A DNA stretch of 64,000 nucleotides, from the NCBI GenBank assembly GCA_002269645.1, contig NIVC01003668.1, positions 19,962 through 83,961 of the forward strand, written 5' to 3'. Made by a program: the position numbers and the translations under genes. Shown here in pieces: positions 35,401 through 45,374 of the stretch. Numbering within the stretch: the stretch's first letter is position 1; each line of letters opens with the position of its first letter. The DNA comes from Macrostomum lignano. Lineage: Eukaryota. The notes beneath the pieces are model-generated. The model saw only the letters and a program-made list of their open reading frames with translations. It did no database searches and was not told the DNA's origin.

Positions 35401-37109
35401 CTCCTTGAGGAACAAATGACACTTCTTCGGTTTCACTTTGAGGTTGGCTGCGATGATGCGCTGGAGCACAGTCGCAGATTATCCAGCTGTTCCTCAAAAG
35501 TCACTGAGTGCACCACGATGTCGTCCATGTAGCCAAGCGCAGTCTTTGGCGTCAGGCCGTCCAGGAGCTTATTGATGCAACGCTGAAAGCTGCCGGGACT
35601 ATCGTGGAGACCCATCGGTAGAACATTAAAACAGAATTGGCCGCGGTCGATTACTGAGAATGCCGTCAAGTGCTGGTCGCAGTCGCGCAGCGGGATCTGC
35701 CAGAATCCTTGAGCAAGGTCCAAGCTAGAATACCACTGAGCACCACGAAGCTTCGCGAAGGTTTCCTGGATGTGCGGGAGTGGATACGGGTGATACACAC
35801 ACCTGTCGTTGAGAGCTCTGAAGTCGTGGACTAGTCGGATGTTGCCGTCCTTCTTGGGCACGATGAGCATTGGCGAGTTGTAGCTCGAGTAGGCAGGGCG
35901 AACGATATGCTTCGCCAGCATCTCGTCTAGCAGGGCGTCGAGCTTGTCCTTCAGATGAGGCGGAATTCGGCGCGGTGGTAGCGCGACTGGTGTCCGGTCC
36001 TTCAAGATGATCTCGTGGGTCACCAGGTGAGTCAGGCCGGCGTCTAGCGAGTGCTTGGAGAAGGCCGCTTGACATTCGACTAGTAGATCTCTCACTCTTC
36101 GATGTTGTTCTTTGGACAATTCGCTGTTGATCTCGACTTCATCTAGCCATGCTGTGCTGGATTCTTCAGAGTTCTTCGGGAGGTGTCGCACTTCAGGTTC
36201 GGGCGTCTCGCTCAGGTACATCAGGTCGGCAGTTCGGAGTGGCGTCGCAACACCCACACGGATACCGGCTTGCAGGAACACCTCGCTGTCGGCGGTGTTG
36301 ACGACCTCAATGTAGCCGCGACCTTCAGGCATCGTCATCAGAGCAGGCGCTGCTTCCAGAGCGTTGCAGCTGGGATGCAGCCTCGACTTAACCAGCTCGA
36401 CAATTGATGGCGATCCTCGATTCTCAGGGTGGCCGTCATCCAATCTGACGGGAAGCAGCGCTGAACTTCTAGGCGGCAGGGTGCACTTCTCGGAGGTGTA
36501 CACTCGGCAGGTTTGAAGCTCACGATGCGAATAACGAACAGGGATACACGTGCCATTGTTGAACGTTAGCATTCCTTGAGCGAAGTCCAAGTTCTGGCAG
36601 TGCTCTCGCATAAACGATACGCCAAGAAAATTTTCACAATCGGAGACCGTGACGAGGAATTCGGTGTCCGCGACGACATCACCGAACTCCACCGGAATGG
36701 TCACCTTACAAGCAAGTGGGAGCTGCGTCCCATCATACATAGTTACGCAATCGGGAATAGCATGCGATATAATACAACGAGGCATCCGACGTCTAATAGC
36801 GGCCCAGGTTGACGAACCAAGAAAGTTTTTCCGGCTGCCGCTGTCAAGCAAGAAAGGGACCTCTCGACTCGCAACTCGACCTGTGACGTACGGATCGGCC
36901 TCACGCGCATGGATTTTTTGATTCGGGGAGGTGTCCACGAAACCTCCGCACTCCGCGTCACTTACTGACGAGCGACTGTCGGACTGGGCATTGGCGCCTG
37001 CACAGCCGACATCCTCTTCTTCTGGTGACCTCTCGGAGTCTGCCAAGTAGCCTGGGCTTGGACCTCGCGGAGGGCGGTGCCGTTGTCGCTCTCCGCCTGG
37101 CCGTTTCCC
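32452..37109 (-). pseudogene. pol, copy 1 (1-nt deletion near 35476)
   Basis: Same sequence as copy 2 except CACAGTCGCAG versus CACAGTCCGCAG, which splits the ORF just after the RT YMDD motif. Confidence 0.92.
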
Positions 37110-38136
37110 TGGTTCTGGCGCGTCGGGCACTGGGTGTTGCGATGACCGGGCTGTCCGCAGCTATAGCAGATTATAGCTCTCTTTGGCGGGCTGGCTACCT
37201 GCTGTTGGTCACGCTGCACCAGGTGATCCAGCATTCGCTGCTGCTTCTCAATCAAGTCGGTTAGAGTCGGTAAGGCTTGGGCGGTGACGTCGGGTTTCGG
37301 GTCGCCGTCCTCCTCCCCGTCCAACATCCTAACCGGGGGTTGAGCAGATCGGTGCGCCAATTCTTTGGCGCCTTCTAGTCGTCGTAGCTCTCGAATCGCA
37401 GCAAGAAGATTGTTCGGGCGAACCCAGTACAGCCGTTCGCGCAGATCTGGAGTCGTCCGGATACCAGCAAGAAATTAATCAGTAATCTCCTTCTCGCGGT
37501 CTTCAGGATGCATTCGAGGATATGCACGTTCACCCAGAGTTCTCAGGGCGTCAGCGAACTCTTCTGCTGACTCATTCTTGCCTTGTTGACGACGTCGCAA
37601 CAGTTCTCGATACTCATCAGCACCACCATGACGGGCAAATCGCTCAATCAGACGTTGCTTGACCTCCCGTAGCTGGCGAAACGCGGAAGATTCATACCAA
37701 GCAAGGCTGGATACGCAGTAGCCAAATCGAGACTCGCGATGAGGTGTTGTTTCATCTCGAACGGGTCGACGATGCGCTCCATCTCGCAACGCTGCTCGAA
37801 CGCGGCAAGCCAGACATGAATGTCCTGACTTGGAGTAAACTTTACAATTTTAACTTGTTTACTCACAGGCCGCTCCATCTGCTGCTGCAGAGCTGCCATC
37901 ATGGTCCTCACGTCCTGGTGCGTGATGTTCCGGCCGATGTTGTCCAGGCCTTGCAGAAGCTCGTCTGGCGGGTCGTCGGACACGTCGCTTCTCGCACCTT
38001 GCCTCGGCGTTGGCTGCTGACCAAAGTCGTTGATCGCTGCTGCTGCTGCGGCGGCTTCTGCTGCCGCAGGCCTCGAACTGCTGATGTGCTGATCCAGCCG
38101 GCTGCTGCACCGGCTCTCGTCTCGCTCGTTGAACAT
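36962..38136 (-). pseudogene. gag, copy 1 (frameshift near 37665 plus in-frame TAA at 37475-37477)
   Basis: CCC versus CCCC relative to copy 2; capsid-like RRQQGKNESAEEFADAL; CCHC knuckle CYSCGQPGHRNTQC. Confidence 0.88.
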
Positions 38137-38228
38137 GTTGAACTCGTCGTAGTCGCTGGCCGATGTCGTTCTCGAAAGAGCGGTTGGCTTGGGTGTGTCG
38201 TAGTCGGATCTCACCGCTGCGTCACCAG

Positions 38229-39224
38229 TGAAGTACAATGGGGTTTCTTCCCGGTTTCGGCCCTTGCGGATTACCTTCAGACTCGGGCCTCTTCAGTGGG
38301 AAGTTCTCTCAACTTTCTCAGTAGCGTAGGTAGTGCTGCCACCAGTTCCTTCAGGTCTCGGCCTTCGGTGAGGTGAGCTTCCCGTCGGAACGAAATAATG
38401 AAGTCAACGAACACAGCACGACGTGCAGATTTGCAGCTCACGTATAAGGCGTCTCGTCAGCAGCACCTGCCGGGCTTGGATGGTACAGGGAGGGCGGAGT
38501 TAGCCTCTCGTAAACTTGGGTTGGTTTTGGTCAGGTCTCAGTCGGAGCAATAGGAACAGAATCAATGTGCGCAAAGATTCGGACACTCGGGACTCAGTCA
38601 CACGCGGACGTAGAACTCGAGGTTGAACAGAAGGAAGACTCCTTGACGGAAACAAGGGGGAGAGGGCTCCTATTTATAGCCGGGAAATTCCCACGCTCCA
38701 GACCTCGTGACTTGTTCTATTTTTAGAACTGACGTCACTCGAGAGTCTCAGGCAGGGTTCAAGCGCGCGGAAGACCTCGTGACTTGTTCTATTTTTAGAA
38801 CTGACGTCACTTGAGGGTCCCCGGCAGAGTACACATGGCTGTGACTCAGTTGCTATTTTTAGCAACATGAGTCACTCCTCTCCTTAGAAAAGGGAGGGGT
38901 CCGAAAGCATGTGACTCACCCGGTAAACAGGGCCAACGAGTGCAGTAAACATGTTTACTGCACTTTAAGACTCAAAGAACGCAAGAGCTGTCATGTGACT
39001 TGCTCACAAGACAGGGAAAACAGGACGGGAGCGAAACAGAGACAGCCCACAGTCGAGAGACTGAGGGCTGAGAACGGAAACGCAGCAGGGCGGAAAGGAC
39101 ACGGGGGCAACAGGCAAGCGAAAGGAGGGCGGGAAGCTGACCAGCGGCAGACAGCAACCCAAAGGGAGGGCGAGGGAACGGCTGACAAGGGTGACGCCTA
39201 GCCATAAACTAGCGGCTCACTACA
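38229..39224 (-). repeat. Family B shared central LTR
   Basis: 996 bp; flanked by the PPT of one copy and the PBS of the other, with no TSD. Confidence 0.95.
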
Positions 39225-39868
39225 CTCTCCCCGTTCAAATAAAGAGGCGGAGTGAAGGCGGAGCGCGCCTTTATTTAAAAAGGTAAACTGCAGAAAATAA
39301 AATTTTGATTGGCAAAAAGGTGGTAACTTTGGCAGAATAGCAGAGAAGGGGCTGGGTTAGGCCCATGATTGAAACCCTAAACGCGTGTGCGGGGGCGCCT
39401 GCCCGCTTGAAGTCAGCGCCTAAATACCGGGTTGCACAAATAACTGCAGCGCCCGTAAAAAGGATGGCAAATACCGGTAATGGGACAAAAGAAGCCACAG
39501 TGGGCTATAAAAGCGCGGCTGGGCGGGGCCGTAGCTCGTACTACCGCCCCATACGGTATTAATGGAGTCACACCAAAGCATGAAGGGGGGCGCCAGCCCC
39601 ATGATACGCAAGAGGCGCCTAAATATGGGGGATGCGGGGGTTCATGCAGAGCCCCGGGGGAAAAAGGCAAAAGACTGGCCACAAGGGCACAAATGGTTGA
39701 TGCCGAAAATGAGCACAAAGGACAAATGCCGCTCATATACGAAGAGGGGAAGTAAACGGCGCGACTGCGCAAAAATTCGCACGTGCAGCGCAGGGCTGCT
39801 GAGGGCGCTAGCAAAAGGGCGCGACGAAAATTGGAGTCACCTGGGGTTTGTCAGTCCAGGGTTTAAAG

Positions 39869-40714
39869 TTACTCTTGCCGGTCACAGTGGCGCACGAGAT
39901 CCGGGACCTCCGGCGTCCGACCCGCCATCTGGGCCGCAATTAGCCGGGCGACGACGCGGGCCGTCTCGGGATGCGGCGGACGTCTGAGCGTCGGTGCTGC
40001 GAGCTGGGCGGCCTCGTCCATTAGTCGCTGCCGATCCTCATCCGTAAGGGCGCGGAGACAGGCCCATCGCGGCCAGTCCGCGAGGGTTGGCAGTCGGTTC
40101 AATTGGGCGGCAGCAGTCAGCTGTTGGGCGATAAAATACACCGCCTCAATATAGCGGTTAACGGCAGCTTGAACAGCTGGCGAAAGGCCCGGTGGCGACG
40201 ATCCGTTGTCCTCGGACTCATTGTCTGATGAGTCTGGGTCGCGTGGCTCCGGCGAGTTGGGCGGTGCCGGAGGGACTGCGTTGTTTGTAGGCAGGGCCTG
40301 TCGCAGCTCGGTGGTTAGCTCCTGCAGGGTGGTCGCCTCCGAATTGTTGCCGTCAGTCTGGCAGGCGGCCTCTACTCTGCCTGGGGCCACGGGGTTCTCC
40401 GGCTCGGGAACAGTTGGCAGCCAGACTTGGTCGTCGCGGGGCGGTGAAGCCGGTTCCAGTCGGAGCTCTGGCCCCGCTATTCTGCAAAGAAAAACTGAGT
40501 TGGGGGCGGGCTGCGCCGACGGTTTGCTGGCGTCATCCGACGACTCTGGCCGGGCGTCCCGAGTTTCGATCTTAGTCGATGTTGGCGTCGGCTGCCGGGG
40601 CGCGAGCTGTTGTCGAAGCTCCGCTAGGCCTTCGGCGACGACTTCGGCGGCCGACCCACCGGCCGGTCGGTACTTAGTAGTCGGGCTTAGCCCCGGGGAG
40701 TCCGGCTCCGTCAA
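39869..40714 (-). CDS. ORF downstream of pol (ORF3, not env), copy 2
   Basis: 281-codon open frame, +1 relative to pol; Pro/Ser/Ala-rich N-half and helical-looking C-terminal part. Confidence 0.5.
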   Translation of the reverse strand: MTEPDSPGLSPTTKYRPAGGSAAEVVAEGLAELRQQLAPRQPTPTSTKIETRDARPESSDDASKPSAQPAPNSVFLCRIAGPELRLEPASPPRDDQVWLPTVPEPENPVAPGRVEAACQTDGNNSEATTLQELTTELRQALPTNNAVPPAPPNSPEPRDPDSSDNESEDNGSSPPGLSPAVQAAVNRYIEAVYFIAQQLTAAAQLNRLPTLADWPRWACLRALTDEDRQRLMDEAAQLAAPTLRRPPHPETARVVARLIAAQMAGRTPEVPDLVRHCDRQE

Positions 40715-40715
40715 G

Positions 40716-43700
40716 TCAATGAAGACGGGCGTCGGCGGTCGGGGACGCTGGCGTCTCGCCCTTGGGCTCGACGACTTCGTATAAGGCTTTGCGAGGTCGA
40801 TGAAATTTCGCCGCTTCGTCCGGTTTGAGCACCGGGTTGTTGAGGAAGACCAGATCGCCGGGTTGGAGCTTCTTGGCGGCGGGCAGGTTCGAGTAGTGCT
40901 CGTCTCGCAGTTGTTGGTGCAGGTGCAGGCGCTCCTTGGCCAGCTCAGTCGCCTCGTCCAGGCGACACTGGAAGTCTTTGACGTAGTCGGGCAGATCGGC
41001 GTACTCAGGCAGCTTCTTCAGCGCGTTGTCGATCGGGAGTCGGAAGTCACGGCCGAACACCAGGTAGTGAGGCGTGAAACCTGTCACCGGGTGGACGCTG
41101 GAGCGGAGAGCCATCAGGCAGGCTGGGAGGTAGGTATCCCAGTCGTTGTGGTTGCGCTCAAGCAGACAGGTGAGGACCTTCTTCAGTTGTTTGTTCAGAT
41201 TCTCGACTTGTCCATTGGAAGCTGGGTTGTATGGTGTTGTTGTCGTATGCCGAATGCCAAACAGGTCGCAGAACTTCTTGAAGGCCGAACCGGTGAAGTT
41301 GGTGCCTTGGTCGGTGTGGATCCAGCATGGTACACCGAACTCGGGGATGAAGCGCTCCTGCAGAAGCTTGATGACTGTTTTGGCTTTCTGGTTTCTCATC
41401 GGGTAGGCGAATGGATACTTCGACGTCGCATCGCACAAGGTCAGGATGTAGCGGTTGCCGCTCTTGCTCTTCTGCGCGATTGGTCCTACTACATCACAGT
41501 GTATTCTACCCAGAACTTCGCAAACTGGAAAGCTCTGGACCGGAACTCTCTCTCGCCGTCGCGATTTACTTTCAAGGCAGGTGCGGCACTTACTGATGAA
41601 GGTCTTGGTAGTACGGGCTAATCCGGGTCTCCAGAACCGTTCTCGTAGCCGCAGTAACGTCTTCGTCTCGCCGAGGTGTCCACACAGTGGGGAACTGTGG
41701 AGCTCCTGGAGCACCTGGGCGTCAAGGGCCTCAGGCAGAACAACCTTGGGCGGCTGCTGTCCATCAGTCAGATCAATCAGCAGCAGGCCGTTGTCCTCCT
41801 GCAGGTTCTCGTAGTATCCGAGCAGATTCCGCTGCTCCTTAGTCAGTCGCAACCGGGCGTCGAACTCAGGCTTCGGGGCTTCGTTCTCGACCAGGTTGAG
41901 CACGTAGCTGATGGCTCGGTCAGCGCGTTGGGCGTCAACGAACTGTTGGCGAGTCATCGGCAGCTTCAGAAAATCAGTGAGCACAGCGCGGCATGGCTGA
42001 GGGGTCATGACTCCCGCAGTCTCCGCTTTAATGGCTCCAGGTCGATCACACGGCACCGTCTTGTCGGCGTCAGGATTAGGTCGCTCCGAGGGACTTTGTC
42101 TCACAACGTCGGCGTACGTCCGTTGATCTAGAATCGAAGTTCTCTTCATCGCTCTCATGACAGAAAAATCCGCAGATGGAGCAGCGCGCATGCCTCCACT
42201 GCATAGCCCAGGCGACTCTTGGCTGTAGGGCGGGACGCAACACGTGAAGCACGCCTCGTCGCTGGCAGCCGTAGCCGTCGGCTCAATCGTAGTCAAAATT
42301 GGGTGAGTCTTCTCCAGCACTGGGCGGTGTCGCAAAGGGGGACTCGACTTTCCGCACAGGCGATGAGCAGCTGTCTGTCGGCCCGGGGGACAGAGCTTCG
42401 ACCTTGCAGCTGGCGCGAGATTCTGGCCTCTGTCAACACGGCGAGAAATCTCAGCGAAAGGCTCAGTAGGGTTGTAGTTAAATTGCTTGCCTGGAGTTGC
42501 ATTGCGGGCCGTCATCAGAAGGGCTGCTGGTGCGGTGGCCTTTGAATCTTGGTCCGTGGGCGTCTCCAGAGTCCGAGACCTGTAGTCTTGGGCGTCGTCA
42601 AGGAGGTCTGTGTCCACAGTGGCCTCAAGGTCTTCGTCCAGGTTGGTCTCCAAATTGCAGCGGGCGGCATGGGCATCGCGGCAGAGGGCTGTTGTCGCAG
42701 TGGCCTCTGGGTTGTCGTCCAGGCCGATCTCCAGGCGTTGACTGCAGCGGTGGGCGTCGTGCTGGAAGGCTGCTGGCGCGGTGGCTTCCAGGTCTTCGTC
42801 CAGGTCAGTCTTGGCCTCCAAGCAGCGAGATTGGACTGTCTTCTGGAGGGCTGCTCTGGCAGTGGCCTCGGGTGTCGGGTCCAAATCCGGTTCCAGGTCG
42901 TGGTCGTCACCGGGTCGGGCGGTAGAACCAGGTTGCTCTAGCAGTCGGCCATGCTCGAAGAAGATCGGCGGGCCCTCCGGTCTTCTTGACAGGGCATCAG
43001 CATTGGCGTGGTCCTTGCCTTTGCGGTGGTTGAGCTGGAAGCGGAACTCGCTTAGGCGCTCGATCCAGCGGCCTAAAATACCTGTGGCCTGAGTTTGGTT
43101 CAGTAACCACAGTAAGGCCCGATGATCGGATCGAACTTCAAACTTCTTGCCGATTAAGTAATGACGGAAATGTCGCATAGCGTCCACAATTGCAAGCAGC
43201 TCTTTCTTCGTGACCGTGTAGCGCTTCTCAGGATCGCGAAGTTTACGGCTAAAGAATGCAATTGGACGTTCGACGCCGTCTGATTGCAGTTGTCCAAGAC
43301 AAGCGCCTATTCGAATATCAGAGGCATCCGTGTCGAGGACAAACTTCACAGCAGGATCAGAATTAAATTCAGGCAGAGCGAGAACTTCAGTAGAACACAA
43401 TTTCTTCTTCAAAGTGTCGAACGCGTGCTGATGCTCGGGAGTCCAATGCTGCCGCAGGCTGCCGATGTCCTTTCGCGTCAGGGCATGCAGCGGCGCAGCC
43501 ACTCCAGCGTAGCCGTCGACAAACTTGTGGTAGTAATTGGCGAGGCCTAGGAATTGTCTCAGTTGAGTAACGGACTGTGGCACGGGCCAATCACGGATCT
43601 GCGCAATCTTGTCCTCACAGGTCTTCAGGCCGTCGGGAGTCACGACGTGACCTAAATAATGCAGCTCCTTGAGGAACAAATGACACTTCTTCGGTTTCAC

Positions 43701-45374
43701 TTTGAGGTTGGCTGCGATGATGCGCTGGAGCACAGTCCGCAGATTATCCAGCTGTTCCTCAAAAGTCACTGAGTGCACCACGATGTCGTCCATGTAGCCA
43801 AGCGCAGTCTTTGGCGTCAGGCCGTCCAGGAGCTTGTTAATGCAACGCTGAAAGCTGCCGGGACTATCGTGGAGACCCATCGGTAGAACATTAAAACAGA
43901 ATTGGCCGCGGTCGATTACTGAGAATGCCGTCAAGTGCTGGTCGCAGTCGCGCAGCGGGATCTGCCAGAATCCTTGAGCAAGGTCCAAGCTAGAATACCA
44001 CTGAGCACCACGAAGCTTCGCGAAGGTTTCCTGGATGTGCGGGAGCGGATACGGGTGATACACACACCTGTCGTTGAGAGCTCTGAAGTCGTGGACTAGT
44101 CGGATGTTGCCGTCCTTCTTGGGCACGATGAGCATTGGCGAGTTGTAGCTCGAGTAGGCAGGGCGAACGATATGCTTCGCCAGCATCTCGTCTAGCAGGG
44201 CGTCGAGCTTGTCCTTCAGATGAGGCGGAATTCGGCGCGGTGGTAGCGCGACTGGTGTCCGGTCCTTCAAGATGATCTCGTGGGTCACCAGGTGAGTCAG
44301 GCCGGCGTCTAGCGAGTGCTTGGAGAAGGCCGCTTGACATTCGACTAGTAGATCTCTCACTCTTCGATGTTGTTCTTTGGACAATTCGCTGTTGATCTCG
44401 ACTTCATCTAGCCATGCTGTGCTGGATTCTTCAGAGTTCTTCGGGAGGTGTCGCACTTCAGGTTCGGGCGTCTCGCTCAGGTACATCAGGTCGGCAGTTC
44501 GGAGTGGCGTCGCAACACCCACACGGATACCGGCTTGCAGGAACACCTCGCTGTCGGCGGTGTTGACGACCTCAATGTAGCCGCGACCTTCAGGCATCGT
44601 CATCAGAGCAGGCGCTGCTTCCAGAGCGTTGCAGCTGGGATGCAGCCTCGACTTAACCAGCTCGACAATTGATGGCGATCCTCGATTCTCAGGGTGGCCG
44701 TCATCCAATCTGACGGGAAGCAGCGCTGAACTTCTAGGCGGCAGGGTGCACTTCTCGGAGGTGTACACTCGGCAGGTTTGAAGCTCACGATGCGAATAAC
44801 GAACAGGGATACACGTGCCATTGTTGAACGTTAGCATTCCTTGAGCGAAGTCCAAGTTCTGGCAGTGCTCTCGCATAAACGATACGCCAAGAAAATTTTC
44901 ACAATCGGAGACCGTGACGAGGAATTCGGTGTCCGCGACGACATCACCGAACTCCACCGGAATGGTCACCTTACAAGCAAGTGGGAGCTGCGTCCCATCA
45001 TACATAGTTACGCAATCGGGAATAGCATGCGATATAATACAACGAGGCATCCGACGTCTAATAGCGGCCCAGGTTGACGAACAAAGAAAGTTTTTCCGGC
45101 TGCCGCTGTCAAGCAAGAAAGGGACCTCTCGACTCGCAACTCGACCTGTGACGTACGGATCGGCCTCACGCGCATGGATTTTTTGATTCGGGGAGGTGTC
45201 CACGAAACCTCCGCACTCCGCGTCACTTACTGACGAGCGACTGTCGGACTGGGCATTGGCGCCTGCACAGCCGACATCCTCTTCTTCTGGTGACCTCTCG
45301 GAGTCTGCCAAGTAGCCTGGGCTTGGACCTCGCGGAGGGCGGTGCCGTTGTCGCTCTCCGCCTGGCCGTTTCCC
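40716..45374 (-). CDS. pol, copy 2 (intact frame: PR, RT, RNase H, insert, IN)
   Basis: LLDSGS protease; GYMDDIV RT; LDTDAS RNase H; H-H-C-C, IHCDVVG, HTDQGTNF and GQVENLN integrase. Entered via GGGAAAC at 45374-45368. Confidence 0.95.
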   Translation of the reverse strand, partial: GKRPGGERQRHRPPRGPSPGYLADSERSPEEEDVGCAGANAQSDSRSSVSDAECGGFVDTSPNQKIHAREADPYVTGRVASREVPFLLDSGSRKNFLCSSTWAAIRRRMPRCIISHAIPDCVTMYDGTQLPLACKVTIPVEFGDVVADTEFLVTVSDCENFLGVSFMREHCQNLDFAQGMLTFNNGTCIPVRYSHRELQTCRVYTSEKCTLPPRSSALLPVRLDDGHPENRGSPSIVELVKSRLHPSCNALEAAPALMTMPEGRGYIEVVNTADSEVFLQAGIRVGVATPLRTADLMYLSETPEPEVRHLPKNSEESSTAWLDEVEINSELSKEQHRRVRDLLVECQAAFSKHSLDAGLTHLVTHEIILKDRTPVALPPRRIPPHLKDKLDALLDEMLAKHIVRPAYSSYNSPMLIVPKKDGNIRLVHDFRALNDRCVYHPYPLPHIQETFAKLRGAQWYSSLDLAQGFWQIPLRDCDQHLTAFSVIDRGQFCFNVLPMGLHDSPGSFQRCINKLLDGLTPKTALGYMDDIVVHSVTFEEQLDNLRTVLQRIIAANLKVKPKKCHLFLKELHYLGHVVTPDGLKTCEDKIAQIRDWPVPQSVTQLRQFLGLANYYHKFVDGYAGVAAPLHALTRKDIGSLRQHWTPEHQHAFDTLKKKLCSTEVLALPEFNSDPAVKFVLDTDASDIRIGACLGQLQSDGVERPIAFFSRKLRDPEKRYTVTKKELLAIVDAMRHFRHYLIGKKFEVRSDHRALLWLLNQTQATGILGRWIERLSEFRFQLNHRKGKDHANADALSRRPEGPPIFFEHGRLLEQPGSTARPGDDHDLEPDLDPTPEATARAALQKTVQSRCLEAKTDLDEDLEATAPAAFQHDAHRCSQRLEIGLDDNPEATATTALCRDAHAARCNLETNLDEDLEATVDTDLLDDAQDYRSRTLETPTDQDSKATAPAALLMTARNATPGKQFNYNPTEPFAEISRRVDRGQNLAPAARSKLCPPGRQTAAHRLCGKSSPPLRHRPVLEKTHPILTTIEPTATAASDEACFTCCVPPYSQESPGLCSGGMRAAPSADFSVMRAMKRTSILDQRTYADVVRQSPSERPNPDADKTVPCDRPGAIKAETAGVMTPQPCRAVLTDFLKLPMTRQQFVDAQRADRAISYVLNLVENEAPKPEFDARLRLTKEQRNLLGYYENLQEDNGLLLIDLTDGQQPPKVVLPEALDAQVLQELHSSPLCGHLGETKTLLRLRERFWRPGLARTTKTFISKCRTCLESKSRRRERVPVQSFPVCEVLGRIHCDVVGPIAQKSKSGNRYILTLCDATSKYPFAYPMRNQKAKTVIKLLQERFIPEFGVPCWIHTDQGTNFTGSAFKKFCDLFGIRHTTTTPYNPASNGQVENLNKQLKKVLTCLLERNHNDWDTYLPACLMALRSSVHPVTGFTPHYLVFGRDFRLPIDNALKKLPEYADLPDYVKDFQCRLDEATELAKERLHLHQQLRDEHYSNLPAAKKLQPGDLVFLNNPVLKPDEAAKFHRPRKALYEVVEPKGETPASPTADARLH

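Noticed and set aside
39869-40714. ORF3 as an envelope gene
   Set aside because: No signal peptide, hydrophobic TM segment, furin site or Cys pattern.
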